25,046 nucleotides of DNA from assembly GCA_043799545.1 (NCBI GenBank), contig JAZDNO010000028.1, positions 1 to 25,046 of the forward strand, given 5' to 3'. The translations under genes were made by a program, and so were the position numbers. Under the pieces are notes generated by a model. That model was not told where the DNA came from, did no database searches, and worked only from the letters and a program-made list of their open reading frames with translations. Position 1 is the stretch's first letter. The number at the start of each line of letters is the position of its first letter. The DNA is from Methanobacteriota archaeon. Its GTDB lineage: Archaea > Thermoplasmatota > Thermoplasmata > SG8-5 > DAIRED01. Of this stretch, positions 1 through 9,669 are shown one piece after another.

Positions 1-27
1 CCCACCGCGGCGTTCGGGGGGCAACGG

Positions 28-36
28 TTATATATT
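28..36 (+). promoter_or_regulatory. Archaeal TATA box for the GNAT gene (probably leaderless transcript)
   Basis: TTATATAT ends about 23 nt before ATG 59, the spacing expected if transcription starts at or near the start codon. Confidence 0.55.
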
Positions 37-58
37 CGAACGGCCTGGCCGGCAGGCC

Positions 59-994
59 ATGAGCGTGGTTTACAGGACGTTCGACAGGGCGATGCTGCCC
101 GAGTACATCAGGGTCAAGGACGACTCTGGCAAGGAGATGCCGCAGTACCAGGCAGAGTCGGTTGAGCGGATGGAGGTCTACTTTCTCAAGGACCCGGACT
201 TCGACCCGGAGGGGATATTCCTGGCCTTTCGGGACGGCCGGATGGTGGGATTCTCGGAGGCAGAGATTCAGAAGACGCGCATCGAGGCGGGGATGAGCCA
301 GGGCTTCGTAGGCGTGGAGGTCGTTCCCTCCGAGCGAGGGCAGGGCGTCGAGGAGGTTCTCATGTCAAAAGCGCTGGGCTACCTGCGGACAAATGGCATC
401 CGCGAGGCGATTTACGGATTCCACCCGCATATCCCATGGAGGCTGAAGCTGGCGAACGGCTCGGGATTCGCCTACCTGCGCAGGTTCTACAGGCTCAAGC
501 GGGGGATGGCAGCGCCTGTGCCGGACGTTCCGTTTCCCGGGGGAATCGATGTCGAGCGCGTGCCTGGCCGGAACGCCCCGAAGGATTACGTCCTCGAATG
601 GGCGGAAACGTTCAACAGGGCGTTCGTGGATCACTTCAACTTCGCCCCCTCCGACCCGCAGAACTTCCTGAACTGGACGGAGGTTCCGGGCGAGAACCTG
701 GTCTTCGCGCTGGCCCGCGCGGGAGGAAAACCCGTGGGCGTTTGCCTGTCGGAGATTGAGCACGGCACGGATGGCGGGACCGGATGGGTCGACATCCTCG
801 GGGTCGTGCCTGAGGCCCGCCGCAACGGGCTCGGCAGGGCGCTGCTGGCAGACGGGCTGAGGTGGATATCCTCCCAGCGCGCGAAGGAGGCTCTGCTCGG
901 CGTCGATGCCCAGAACGAGAAAGCCCTAACCTTGTACCGGAGCCTGGGGTTCGAACCGATGACCGAGTCGCACGTCTACAACAGAATATTGTGA
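59..994 (+). CDS. Tandem GNAT N-acetyltransferase (two GNAT domains, MshD-like architecture)
   Basis: 311 aa. C-terminal acetyl-CoA motif A VPEARRNGLGRALL and NEKALTLYRSLGF; degenerate motif A in the N-terminal half (VVPSERGQG). TTATATAT about 25 nt upstream of the ATG. Confidence 0.85.
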   Translation: MSVVYRTFDRAMLPEYIRVKDDSGKEMPQYQAESVERMEVYFLKDPDFDPEGIFLAFRDGRMVGFSEAEIQKTRIEAGMSQGFVGVEVVPSERGQGVEEVLMSKALGYLRTNGIREAIYGFHPHIPWRLKLANGSGFAYLRRFYRLKRGMAAPVPDVPFPGGIDVERVPGRNAPKDYVLEWAETFNRAFVDHFNFAPSDPQNFLNWTEVPGENLVFALARAGGKPVGVCLSEIEHGTDGGTGWVDILGVVPEARRNGLGRALLADGLRWISSQRAKEALLGVDAQNEKALTLYRSLGFEPMTESHVYNRIL

Positions 995-1000
995 GCGGCC

Positions 1001-2302
1001 TCAAGCCCCTTTGGCATGGAGCCATTCGACTATCTTCTCGACTCCGCCGATGGTCATCCTGCAGTGCCTTTCGATGAACGACGCAGGCAGCTCCGAGTCC
1101 AGGGGAACCGCCTCGCTGTCCGAGAGGACGCGCGCGCCGTCGAAGTTCACGTACGCCATCCGCGCCGTCAGGTCCTCAGCCTCCCTGCCAAAGTGCATCC
1201 CCGGCAGTATAGCGACGCTCGCCTCGGCCAGCAAGCGCTCGCAAAGCTCCGGGGCGGTTTTTATCCCGCGCCTCGCAAGCTCGTCCGCGAAAGGGGAGAA
1301 ATCGAGAAAGAGGTAGAACGCCCCCTCGGGCGGGTGCACGCGGATTCCGCCGGTTGCGAGGATGGAGGCGCAGCGGTTGCCAGTGGCCTTGAGCATCCTC
1401 CGGGCGTGGGCCAGGTAGCGTTCGATGGCGATGCCGCCCTTGAAGGCGCTGACGGCGGCGAACTGGATGGGGGCGCTCACCGACGTGTAAGTCTCGCTCG
1501 CGACGCAAGCCATCGCCTCCTGCAGCCAGTCCAGCTCCCTCGGGAATGAGAACGTCCCGAGCCTCCAGCCCCCCGCCCCGCACCACTTTGACAGCCCGGA
1601 GCTGATTATCGTTCCCTCGGGGTAGTAGCGGGCGACGGAGACGTGCGCCCCGGCGTGGTTTATTTGGCCGTAAATCTCGTCCGAGAGGAGAAGTATCTCG
1701 AACTCCTTGGCCACCTTGGCAATCTGCTCGAGCTCTTCCGCAGGGTAAGTCAGCCCGTCGGGGTTGCCGGGGTAATTCAGGACGAGGATGCGCGGGCGAT
1801 AAGTGTCGTGCTCGGACTCGCAGAACTCGCGCAGCTTCGCGGGGGTTATCTGCCAGCGGTCCTCGAAAGAGGTGTGGATGAGCCGGACCTTGCGCCCGAG
1901 GATTTCCGCCTGGGGCACGTACGAGACCCAGCAGGGAGATGGTACGACCAGCTCGCCGTAGTAGGAAAGCTGGAGGAGGAAAAGCAGCTCCTTGGAGCCC
2001 GGTCCGATGAGGACATCGTCGGGCCGGACATTGACCTGGTCCTTTGAGTTGTGGAACTCCGCCACCGCATTCCTGAGCTCGGGCAGGCCCTTCACCGGAA
2101 GGTAGTCCTTCTCGTGCGCGTGGTGCTTGAGCGCGTTCACGACCTCGGTCGGCACCGGAAACGGAGACTGGCCGAGCCCGAGGTTGTAAATCGTCCGCCC
2201 GTCCCGCTGGAGCGCCTTCACCCTTTCGTTGATCGCAAGCGTGGCGGACTGGCCTATCCCGCGCACGTCAAAGTTGAGGTTCACGCGCTTGTGGATGTTC
2301 AT
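1001..2302 (-). CDS. PLP-dependent class I/II aminotransferase (aspartate aminotransferase family)
   Basis: Motifs LGLGQSPFP, LNYPGNPDG, LLSDEIY, SGLSKWCGAGGWRLG (PLP lysine) and PEGAFYLF. ATG at 2302 with TTATAAAA on the minus strand at 2325-2332. Confidence 0.9.
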   Translation of the reverse strand: MNIHKRVNLNFDVRGIGQSATLAINERVKALQRDGRTIYNLGLGQSPFPVPTEVVNALKHHAHEKDYLPVKGLPELRNAVAEFHNSKDQVNVRPDDVLIGPGSKELLFLLQLSYYGELVVPSPCWVSYVPQAEILGRKVRLIHTSFEDRWQITPAKLREFCESEHDTYRPRILVLNYPGNPDGLTYPAEELEQIAKVAKEFEILLLSDEIYGQINHAGAHVSVARYYPEGTIISSGLSKWCGAGGWRLGTFSFPRELDWLQEAMACVASETYTSVSAPIQFAAVSAFKGGIAIERYLAHARRMLKATGNRCASILATGGIRVHPPEGAFYLFLDFSPFADELARRGIKTAPELCERLLAEASVAILPGMHFGREAEDLTARMAYVNFDGARVLSDSEAVPLDSELPASFIERHCRMTIGGVEKIVEWLHAKGA

Positions 2303-2399
2303 CAACTTTCATTATCAAGGCATCTTTTATAACGTTTTCGGAGCCCACGGCTGGGCGCGACGTCAACGCCGCGCCCTCGCCTCGGCTGGTCTTATACTT

Positions 2400-4211
2400 T
2401 TACTTCGCCATCCCCGCCGCCTTCGCGAGCTTCTCGGCCTCCGCGACCATCTCCTCTATCTGCTTCAGGCCGCCGTCCCAGAACTTGGGGTCCGTGATGT
2501 TCAGGCCAGTCTTCGCAACGAGGTCCTTCGTCGGCAGGCTGCCGCCGGCCTCCAGCATCGCCATGAACTTTCCAGCGAAGCTCGGGCCCTCTTTCTTGTA
2601 CCGGTCGTAAAGCGCCAGCACCAGCAGGTTTCCGAACGAGTACGCGTAGGTGTAGAAGTTGTAGTGGATGAAGTGGATGACGTAGGTCCACCACCAGGAA
2701 TAATCCTCGGTCATCTCGACGCTGTCGCCGAACATCCAGACGTTCTCCTCGGTCCAGTATCTGTTGAACTCCTCCACGGTCAGCTCGCCCTTCGCCCTGC
2801 GGTGCTCGTGGAACCTGCGCTCGAACCTGACCATCATTATCTGGCGGAATACAGTCGCGAACGAGTCCTCAATCTTCCCGCAGAGGAGGCCAAGCTTCGC
2901 CTTGGGGTCATTCTCCCTCGACAGGATGTCCTCGAACAGGACCATCTCTCCGAAGACGCTCGCAGTCTCCGCAGCCGTGAGCGGCGTGTCGCTCTGGAGG
3001 AACCCGTTGCCCCTCGAAACGTATGCGTGGATGCCGTGGCCGAGTTCGTGGGCCATGGTCATCGCGTCCCTGACCGTCTCGGTCCAGTTCAGTAGGACGT
3101 ACGGGTGCAGGTACGTCATGGCGGACGAGCAGAACGCGCCGCCCTCCTTCCCCGGGCGTATCTCGGCGTCTATCCAGCTCTTGTCGAAGAACAGTTCCGA
3201 GACCTCCCTCATCTTCGGGGAGAACTTGCCGTAGGCGTCGAGGGTCATATTCTTCCCCTCCTCGTACGTGCACTTCGGAAGGTCGATGCCGACCGGGCAG
3301 TACCGGTCGTAGTCGTAGAGCTTGTCCAGGCCCAGAATCTGGCGCTTCATCTTGTAGTACCTGGCCACCATCGCCCTGTGCCTGCCCACCGCATCGATTA
3401 GCGAGTTGACGACGGCGTCGTCCACCTGGTTGTCCAGGTTCTGCTTGCTCATCATGTCCGGATACTTGCGGAATCCGTCGTCCATGCCGTGGTCCTGGGC
3501 GACGATGTTGAATACGAACGAGAACATCTTGACGTTGGCCTTGAGGGTCTCGGTGACGCCCTTGTGGGCGGCGATCCTCAGCTCCCGGTCGGGGCTGTAA
3601 AGGCTGGACAGGGCCTCCTCCAGGGACATTTCCTCCGTCTTGCCATTGTGGGTCACGGGGTACTTCAGGCTGCCGAGGGTCTCGTCGAAGTAGCGCACGA
3701 ACGCCGCGCGCCCGGTGTTCCGCTTCGCGTCCATTATCTTCTCCTCGGCCTCGCTCAGGAGGTGGGGCTTGAAGCGCCTGGCGGACTTGAGGAAATTGGA
3801 GTAATGCCTGAGCTCCGGCGCGTCGATGAGCTTCTTGGTCTTTGCGTCGTCGAGGGCGCACCACTCGAGCTCGAAGAAGAGGAGGTGCTTGCGCACGTCC
3901 GTCATCTTTTCCCGCGCCTTCGCCAGGAAAGCGCCATGCTCGGTCTTCGACGTGTCGCCGGCGAAGAGCAGGGAGGAAAACCAGGCGGGCTTCATTATCG
4001 TCTCGTATATGGACTCGTATTCCTTTACGGCCGCGAGAAGGTCGGCCGGAGACATCCCGGCTGCCAGCTTGCCGCGGTGCGCCTTCTCGAACGCCTCCGC
4101 GCGGCGCTTCGCGTCCGCGATGTCCTTGTCAATCTGCGGGTCGCCGAGCCCTTTGTAAATGTCGTTCAGGTTCCAACGCACGCCTTCCGCGCTGTTCTTC
4201 GCATCTGCCAT
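2400..4211 (-). CDS. pepF: Oligoendopeptidase F (M3B zinc metallopeptidase)
   Basis: HELGH zinc motif (TMAHELGHGIH), downstream AETASVFGE, RPGKEGGAFC and FYTYAYSFG. Start taken at MADAKN (4211, after an SD-like GAAGTGA); 4217 is an alternative. Confidence 0.9.
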   Translation of the reverse strand: MADAKNSAEGVRWNLNDIYKGLGDPQIDKDIADAKRRAEAFEKAHRGKLAAGMSPADLLAAVKEYESIYETIMKPAWFSSLLFAGDTSKTEHGAFLAKAREKMTDVRKHLLFFELEWCALDDAKTKKLIDAPELRHYSNFLKSARRFKPHLLSEAEEKIMDAKRNTGRAAFVRYFDETLGSLKYPVTHNGKTEEMSLEEALSSLYSPDRELRIAAHKGVTETLKANVKMFSFVFNIVAQDHGMDDGFRKYPDMMSKQNLDNQVDDAVVNSLIDAVGRHRAMVARYYKMKRQILGLDKLYDYDRYCPVGIDLPKCTYEEGKNMTLDAYGKFSPKMREVSELFFDKSWIDAEIRPGKEGGAFCSSAMTYLHPYVLLNWTETVRDAMTMAHELGHGIHAYVSRGNGFLQSDTPLTAAETASVFGEMVLFEDILSRENDPKAKLGLLCGKIEDSFATVFRQIMMVRFERRFHEHRRAKGELTVEEFNRYWTEENVWMFGDSVEMTEDYSWWWTYVIHFIHYNFYTYAYSFGNLLVLALYDRYKKEGPSFAGKFMAMLEAGGSLPTKDLVAKTGLNITDPKFWDGGLKQIEEMVAEAEKLAKAAGMAK

Positions 4212-4314
4212 GTGCATCACTTCGCATAGGGTATGGCGGCAGGGGTAAAAAGCTCTTTTGGTATACCTCAAGCGACATTATAATGACCCCCCGGCCAATC
4301 CAGGGATGGTTGCT

Positions 4315-4662
4315 ATGTCCGAAATCGTCTCGTTTTGCGGACTGGACTGCGCAGATTGCCCGGCGTACAAAGCCTTGAGGAAGGACGACCCAGCCGCGCG
4401 GAAGAAGGTAGCGTCAGAGTGGTCCAAGATCTACAACGCCGACATCAAGTCCAGGGACATTTTCTGCGTCGGGTGCACCACTGGCGACGGGAAGCACTTC
4501 GGCCACTGCGAGAAGTGCGACTACCGCGCCTGCGGAAAGAAGAAGAAGGCGAAGAACTGCGGACAATGCGACGAATACCCTTGCGCTAGCCTGAAGAAAT
4601 TCTTCGAGTGGGTGCCGGAGGCGAAGGGGCGCTTGGACCGCGAGAGGGCCAAGGGGAAGTAG
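4315..4662 (+). CDS. DUF3795-like cysteine-rich small protein (putative metal binding)
   Basis: CGLDCADCP...CVGC...CEKCDYRAC...NCGQCDEYPC pattern. SD-like GGGATGGT before ATG 4315 (4306 alternative) and TTATAA at 4278-4283. Confidence 0.75.
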   Translation: MSEIVSFCGLDCADCPAYKALRKDDPAARKKVASEWSKIYNADIKSRDIFCVGCTTGDGKHFGHCEKCDYRACGKKKKAKNCGQCDEYPCASLKKFFEWVPEAKGRLDRERAKGK

Positions 4663-4714
4663 GCATCCAACGCGTTTTTATACGATGAGATGAATCCTCC
4701 CCCGAGGTTCAACC

Positions 4715-5101
4715 ATGTCCTGGGAGCAGGCCGAAGTCAGGGAACTGAGAGAGGGCAGATACGTCAACATCGATGATGAGCCTTGCAAGATTCTCAGCAT
4801 CACGATGTCCAAGCCAGGGAAGCACGGGGAAGCGAAAGCTCGCCTCGATGTCGTCGGGATGTTCGACGGCCAGAAGCGGAGCATAGTGCACCCCGTCACC
4901 CACAAGGTGAAGGTCCCGATAATAGACAAGCGCTCGGCGCAGATACTGGCGATAACGGACGACGAGATACAGCTCATGGACATGGAAACGTACGAGCAGT
5001 TCTCCTTGCCGAAGGACCCGGAGTTCGAGGGCCAGCTTGAACCGGGCAAGGAAATTCTCTACATGATAGCCATGGACAAGAAGAAAATCACGAGGGCTTG
5101 A
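4715..5101 (+). CDS. eif5a: Archaeal translation factor aIF5A (eIF5A)
   Basis: 128 aa with the hypusine loop [10 protein letters not shown] (Lys36). TTTTTATA at 4675-4682 and GAGGT SD at 4705-4709. Confidence 0.97.
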   Translation: MSWEQAEVRELREGRYVNIDDEPCKILSITMSKPGKHGEAKARLDVVGMFDGQKRSIVHPVTHKVKVPIIDKRSAQILAITDDEIQLMDMETYEQFSLPKDPEFEGQLEPGKEILYMIAMDKKKITRA

Positions 5102-5111
5102 GCGTCCTGGC

Positions 5112-5996
5112 ATGAAGAAAAATTTGGCTCGGACCTATTGCGAAGACGTTCTTTTCGCCGATGCCAACGTGGGTCCGTCCGAGGCCGACTCGGTGCTTTT
5201 CGGCGTGAGGTACGGCGGGACGGTCTCGTTCCGCAAGGGCACGGAGAACGGCCCGTGCGCCATCCGCGAGGAGTCGTGGAACTTCGAGACATTCCACTGG
5301 GAGCACGGGACGGACCTGGAAACGTCCAGGCTCTTCGACGCGGGTGACATCGGCCCGTTCAAGACCCCGGAGGAGATGGCCTCGTCCGTTGGCGCCAGGG
5401 CGAAGGAGCTGGCTCACGGGAATTTCCTGATAATGCTCGGCGGCGAGCACTCGGTGACGTCACCGGTGGTGAAGGCAACTGGCGCCAAGGCCGTCGTAGT
5501 TGTGGATGCGCACCTGGACTTCCGCGATTCGTATCACGATTCAAAATACAATCACGCCTGCGCGACCAGGCGCATCTCGGAGATTGTCGGCGTCGAGGGC
5601 GTATTCCCGATAGGGGTGCGGTCGATATGCGCCGAAGAGCACGAGGATGCCAAGCGGCTCGGGCTCAGATGGGCGACGTCGAACGACGTGCGAACCAAGG
5701 GCATAGACCGGGTAATCGACGATGTGCTGGCGCAGCTCAAAGGCCGGCCTCTGTACTTATCGATTGACATAGACGGCATCGACCCCATGTACGCGCCCGG
5801 TACAGGCACTCCCGAGCCGTGGGGCATCGCGTCGCTGGATGCGAAGCGGATAGTCGAGAGGCTCGCCCCCGAGCTCGTGGGCATGGACGTGGTCGAGGTC
5901 TGCCCGGCGTGCGACAACGGCAACACGGCTAGCCTCGCAGCCAGGCTCGTGAGGGAGGCGCTGGCCGTGAGGATGAAGAGCCCGGCGAAGAAGTAG
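5112..5996 (+). CDS. speB: Agmatinase (ureohydrolase/arginase family)
   Basis: Complete binuclear metal ligand set GGEHS, DAHLD and SIDIDGIDP, plus APGTGTPEP and GMDVVEV. Starts 10 bp after aIF5A. Confidence 0.92.
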   Translation: MKKNLARTYCEDVLFADANVGPSEADSVLFGVRYGGTVSFRKGTENGPCAIREESWNFETFHWEHGTDLETSRLFDAGDIGPFKTPEEMASSVGARAKELAHGNFLIMLGGEHSVTSPVVKATGAKAVVVVDAHLDFRDSYHDSKYNHACATRRISEIVGVEGVFPIGVRSICAEEHEDAKRLGLRWATSNDVRTKGIDRVIDDVLAQLKGRPLYLSIDIDGIDPMYAPGTGTPEPWGIASLDAKRIVERLAPELVGMDVVEVCPACDNGNTASLAARLVREALAVRMKSPAKK

Positions 5997-6035
5997 TCAC
6001 GGAGTGTTCACTTCCTGCTATATAGAAGTCCCCAA

Positions 6036-7676
6036 CTACGGTTTCTTCTTCCAGTACGGACCGCTCAAGTCCTCGAACGCCGACACGGCCGCGGTCGCGC
6101 CGGTTCCCACGGCGGTGACAATCTGGCGCACACCGCCCGAGATGTCCCCCGCCGCATAGACGCGCGGGATGTTCGTGCGCATCGAGCGGTCGGCCTTGAT
6201 GAATCCCGCCTCGTCGACGCCCACGCCGATTTCCCTGGCGAGCTCCGATTTGGGGTCGAAGCCTATCGAGACGAATACGCCCTCTATCGGCAGCGTCGTC
6301 CCCGCCCCGGTCTTGAGGTTCTTCAACCTGACTGCCGTGACGCGGTCGCCGCCCACGATTTCCTCCACGACGGTGTCCCATATCGTGGGCCTTCCCGTGG
6401 CCTTCCACGAATCGACCTGGTGCTTCTCGGCGCGGAACTCGCCCTTCCTGTGGACCAGAGCCACGCGCGCTCCAAGGCTGTGAAGGTAAATCGCATCCGT
6501 CAGCGCGGTGTTGCCGCCGCCGATGACCAACACGTCCCTGTCCTTGTAGAAGAATCCGTCGCAGGTGGCGCAGTATGCGACCCCCTTGCCGGACAGCCTG
6601 TCCTCTCCGGGAGCGCCGAGCTTCTTGTGCTCCGCGCCCATGGCCAGGATGATTCCCCTCGCCTCGTAGCGCATCTTCGGGGTTATGGCCTCGATGTGCC
6701 TCCCTATCTTTATTTCGCGCACTGGCTCATTCTCCCTGACCTGGACGTAGTCCCTGGCCTGCGCCGCCATCATCTCCATGAGCTTCGCCCCTGGGACGCT
6801 CTTGAAGCCTGGCCAATTCTCGACGATGGGGGTGATTGAGACCTGCCCGCCCACGCTCTTCGCTTCGAGGACGACCGTTTCCAGCCCGCTGCGCTTGGCG
6901 TAAATCGCCGCGGTGAGCCCAGCCGGACCCGCCCCAACGACGACCAGGTCGACGGCGACCACCTTGGGCTCTTTCGCCCCTTCGTCGTGAACATGCTGGT
7001 GCCCCGCAGGGGCTTGCGCCGGCTCGACGTACGGCCTCATCGAGAGAAGGCCCTCGACGAACCTGTCCTCGGGCTGCAGCCCCTTGCTGACCGTTGCTCC
7101 GTTGACGATGGTGTGCGGCACCGAGCCCACGCCGAACTGTTTCGCCAGGTCTATGTTCTCCATCGATTCCACGCACTCGGCGGACACGAGGTCAGGACGC
7201 TCCATCGCCGCGCTGAAGGCGTTCAGCACCTCCCCTGGGCAGTAGGGGCACGTCGGAGTCACGAATACCTGGACGTGGCGCTTCTCCTTCAGCTGGGCGA
7301 GCCTGGCCTTGGCCTTCGGCGAAAGCATGCTGTCTGCGAACGAGACTTGCTCGATTATCTGCATGAACGAGCGGCCCTCCTCTCCGGCGGGGGCGCCGGT
7401 GTAGCGGATTCGATACTTTTCAGGCGCTATGAGGATGGTCGGCGTGCGCTCGACCTTCATCTCCTTCGCCCGCGCCTCGCCAATCTTGAAAAACTTCGGG
7501 ACAATCTTCGGGGAAATCTCCGCCAGCTCTCTGACTAGGCCGGCGCTGACGGCGTTGAACTCGTCGTGCTCGCCGTCCTTGGTGAAGACCTCTATGTTCA
7601 CGGGGTCCTTCAACGACTTCAGGCGGTCTGCCACAATCTTGCGGGCGTCGTCGGGGATTAGCTTTTCATTCGTCAT
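6036..7676 (-). CDS. trxB: Thioredoxin reductase with a fused N-terminal double-thioredoxin (PDO/AhpF-NTD-like) domain
   Basis: N-terminal ~220 aa of two Trx folds with CPYC (7239-7250). TrxR part has GAGPAG (FAD), CATC (6561-6572), GGGNTA plus HRKGEFR (nucleotide binding) and TNIPRVYAAGD. ATG 7676 follows an AGGTG SD. Confidence 0.88.
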   Translation of the reverse strand: MTNEKLIPDDARKIVADRLKSLKDPVNIEVFTKDGEHDEFNAVSAGLVRELAEISPKIVPKFFKIGEARAKEMKVERTPTILIAPEKYRIRYTGAPAGEEGRSFMQIIEQVSFADSMLSPKAKARLAQLKEKRHVQVFVTPTCPYCPGEVLNAFSAAMERPDLVSAECVESMENIDLAKQFGVGSVPHTIVNGATVSKGLQPEDRFVEGLLSMRPYVEPAQAPAGHQHVHDEGAKEPKVVAVDLVVVGAGPAGLTAAIYAKRSGLETVVLEAKSVGGQVSITPIVENWPGFKSVPGAKLMEMMAAQARDYVQVRENEPVREIKIGRHIEAITPKMRYEARGIILAMGAEHKKLGAPGEDRLSGKGVAYCATCDGFFYKDRDVLVIGGGNTALTDAIYLHSLGARVALVHRKGEFRAEKHQVDSWKATGRPTIWDTVVEEIVGGDRVTAVRLKNLKTGAGTTLPIEGVFVSIGFDPKSELAREIGVGVDEAGFIKADRSMRTNIPRVYAAGDISGGVRQIVTAVGTGATAAVSAFEDLSGPYWKKKP

Positions 7677-7764
7677 TCCGCACACCTACACAGGAGGTAA
7701 ATACGTGCATCCTGAATATAATTTTAACCATGCTAGGCGCAAGCGTCTTGACCCGAGTTAGGTT

Positions 7765-8550
7765 TCAGACTGCTAGTTCCCCCTCGAAGACGGTCACCGC
7801 CTTCCCTAGAAGGAAAACCCTGCTCCTGCCCACCCTGACCCCGACGGTGCCGCCACGCTCCGACGCCTGGTATCCGACCAGCTCTTTCTTCCCCAGCATC
7901 TCCGACCAGTACGGCCCGAGGCAGCAGTGCGCGGAGCCGGTCACGGGGTCCTCGTTCACGCCGACGCCTGGCGCGAAGTACCGCGAGACGAAGTCGTACC
8001 TGCTGTCGTCCGACCGGGCCGTGGCCATCACGCGGTCCAGGGGCAGCTTCTTCATCAGCTCGAAGTCCGGCGCCAGCGAGCGGACGGCGCTATCGGAATC
8101 GAGCTCCGCCAGATAGCCGAGGCGGTTCTTGGCGACGTTGATTGGCGTTGTGCCGAGCACCTTCACCAGCGATGCGGGGGGCCGCGCTGCGACCGCGCGC
8201 TCGGCCGGGAAGTCCATTTCGATGCGGGCTCCCTTCCTGCTGGCTGTGAGAAGTCCGCTGCGCGTGAGGAATTTGGCCGCATCCCCCCTGCCCAGCAGCC
8301 CCGACTCCCACAGGACGTGGGCGCTCGCCAGGGTCGCGTGCCCGCAGAGGTCCACCTCCTTCCTGGGCGTGAACCAGCGCAGGCCGTAGCCGTCTTCTCG
8401 TTTGAGAAGGAACGCGGTCTCGGACAGGTTCATCTCCATCGCAACATTTTGCATCCAGGCGTCCGGCATCTTCCTGTCGAGGAGGCACACGGCGGCCGGG
8501 TTTCCGACGAATGGCTTGTCCGTGAAGGCGTCGACGTGGTAGAGCTTCAT
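7765..8550 (-). CDS. PhzF family (diaminopimelate epimerase-like) isomerase
   Basis: Real start at MKLYHVDAFT (8550). Motifs GNPAAV, EMNLSETAF, LRWFTP, EVDLCGHATLA and EDPVTGSAHC. Confidence 0.9.
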   Translation of the reverse strand: MKLYHVDAFTDKPFVGNPAAVCLLDRKMPDAWMQNVAMEMNLSETAFLLKREDGYGLRWFTPRKEVDLCGHATLASAHVLWESGLLGRGDAAKFLTRSGLLTASRKGARIEMDFPAERAVAARPPASLVKVLGTTPINVAKNRLGYLAELDSDSAVRSLAPDFELMKKLPLDRVMATARSDDSRYDFVSRYFAPGVGVNEDPVTGSAHCCLGPYWSEMLGKKELVGYQASERGGTVGVRVGRSRVFLLGKAVTVFEGELAV

Positions 8551-8673
8551 GGAGGACGGTAATGCAGGGGAGGGGAAAAGGGTTGCGCGCTTTTCCTCTA
8601 AAATCAATGCGTATTTCATAAAAAACCATGAAAATAAATATGTGGATGCTATACCGATTAATGGAGACATCGG

Positions 8674-9660
8674 TTGACTATTACGATACCACAAGAGTTC
8701 TGCATTCCGGCGATAGGCCTTCTTATAGGGATTTCTATCTTGGTTGAGTGGGTGCTATCAAAATATTTTCCCACAAGACCCCAATCAAAAACAATACGTA
8801 TTTTCATAGTCCATTCTATAACATTTATATTGATTTTTGCATTTGTTTATTTGCCCCCAATATCAACGGAACTTGATATTTCATCTAATATTTTTGTCAG
8901 CCTTAGTTTCTGTACGTGGATAATTATTCTATTTTATCACTTTAAAAAGGTGCTTGAGAAAGAATCGTTCGAGATAAAAAAATGGTTCAATCAAAGCATT
9001 TTTAAAAAGGCTGTATGCATGCTTGTTGTCATGATTGTGGTAGCGTTGGGTTTTAGTTGGTTTTTCTATGAAGGAGTCACAAAGAAAAATTCATCCTTTG
9101 AAACCATTTTTCGATTCGAAGGCCAAAACCAGACAAGTCCTCATAACACAGTTGTTTGTTTTTTCAGCTGTGATGGTCCACTGTGCGCCCAAAGACCATT
9201 TTATTTAGACAAATTTGAATTGTATGTTTCAGAACCTGAAAATGAACAACTAGAGAATTTTATGTTCTATTTATATATGCCAAACGGCCGAGGCTCTGTA
9301 GATGGCGACCCATATCATTATCTTAATTATGAATATGAATTTAAGGCGCCTCAATCTCCTCCTAACGGCTGGCAGTTTCCTACAACCTCCCATCCTAATA
9401 CTTCTTTCTCTTTTTACTTTGAAGGCATATACCTATTAGAGGGTGGGTTGCACTTAAATTTCAATCAATCGTCGTTTTTCGATCGTAACTTATCTGTAAA
9501 TAGCACCCCCTTGCAAGTTGAATCTTATCAAGTATATAACAATTATATATCGACTCGAATAACGATGGCCTCCTTGATTTTCGGCACCATCTTCGTGACA
9601 ATTCCTTCGACTTTTGTGGCATTGGCAAAGCTCTATGGCGATGATTTGAGGAAAAAGTAA
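8674..9660 (+). CDS. AT-rich integral membrane protein of unknown function
   Basis: 328 aa ORF with a TTG start, four N-terminal hydrophobic segments, a ~170 aa polar loop and one C-terminal TM. Sampled 60-nt lines here are 30-37% GC versus 63% in a sampled line of the adjacent PhzF-family gene. Confidence 0.7.
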   Translation: MTITIPQEFCIPAIGLLIGISILVEWVLSKYFPTRPQSKTIRIFIVHSITFILIFAFVYLPPISTELDISSNIFVSLSFCTWIIILFYHFKKVLEKESFEIKKWFNQSIFKKAVCMLVVMIVVALGFSWFFYEGVTKKNSSFETIFRFEGQNQTSPHNTVVCFFSCDGPLCAQRPFYLDKFELYVSEPENEQLENFMFYLYMPNGRGSVDGDPYHYLNYEYEFKAPQSPPNGWQFPTTSHPNTSFSFYFEGIYLLEGGLHLNFNQSSFFDRNLSVNSTPLQVESYQVYNNYISTRITMASLIFGTIFVTIPSTFVALAKLYGDDLRKK

Positions 9661-9669
9661 TTTCGAAGT

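Noticed and set aside
1-21. GC hairpin CCCACCG...CGGGGGG at the window start
   Set aside because: Short, contains a mismatch and is cut by the window edge; cannot be assigned.
6036-6060. Selenocysteine or C-terminal redox tail on the TrxR
   Set aside because: The protein ends GPYWKKKP at a TAG stop with no Cys/Sec motif.
7765-8550. Phenazine biosynthesis cluster
   Set aside because: Isolated PhzF-family gene with no phzA/B/D/E/G; such stand-alone homologues are widespread. The ORF-track extension to 8694 is spurious.
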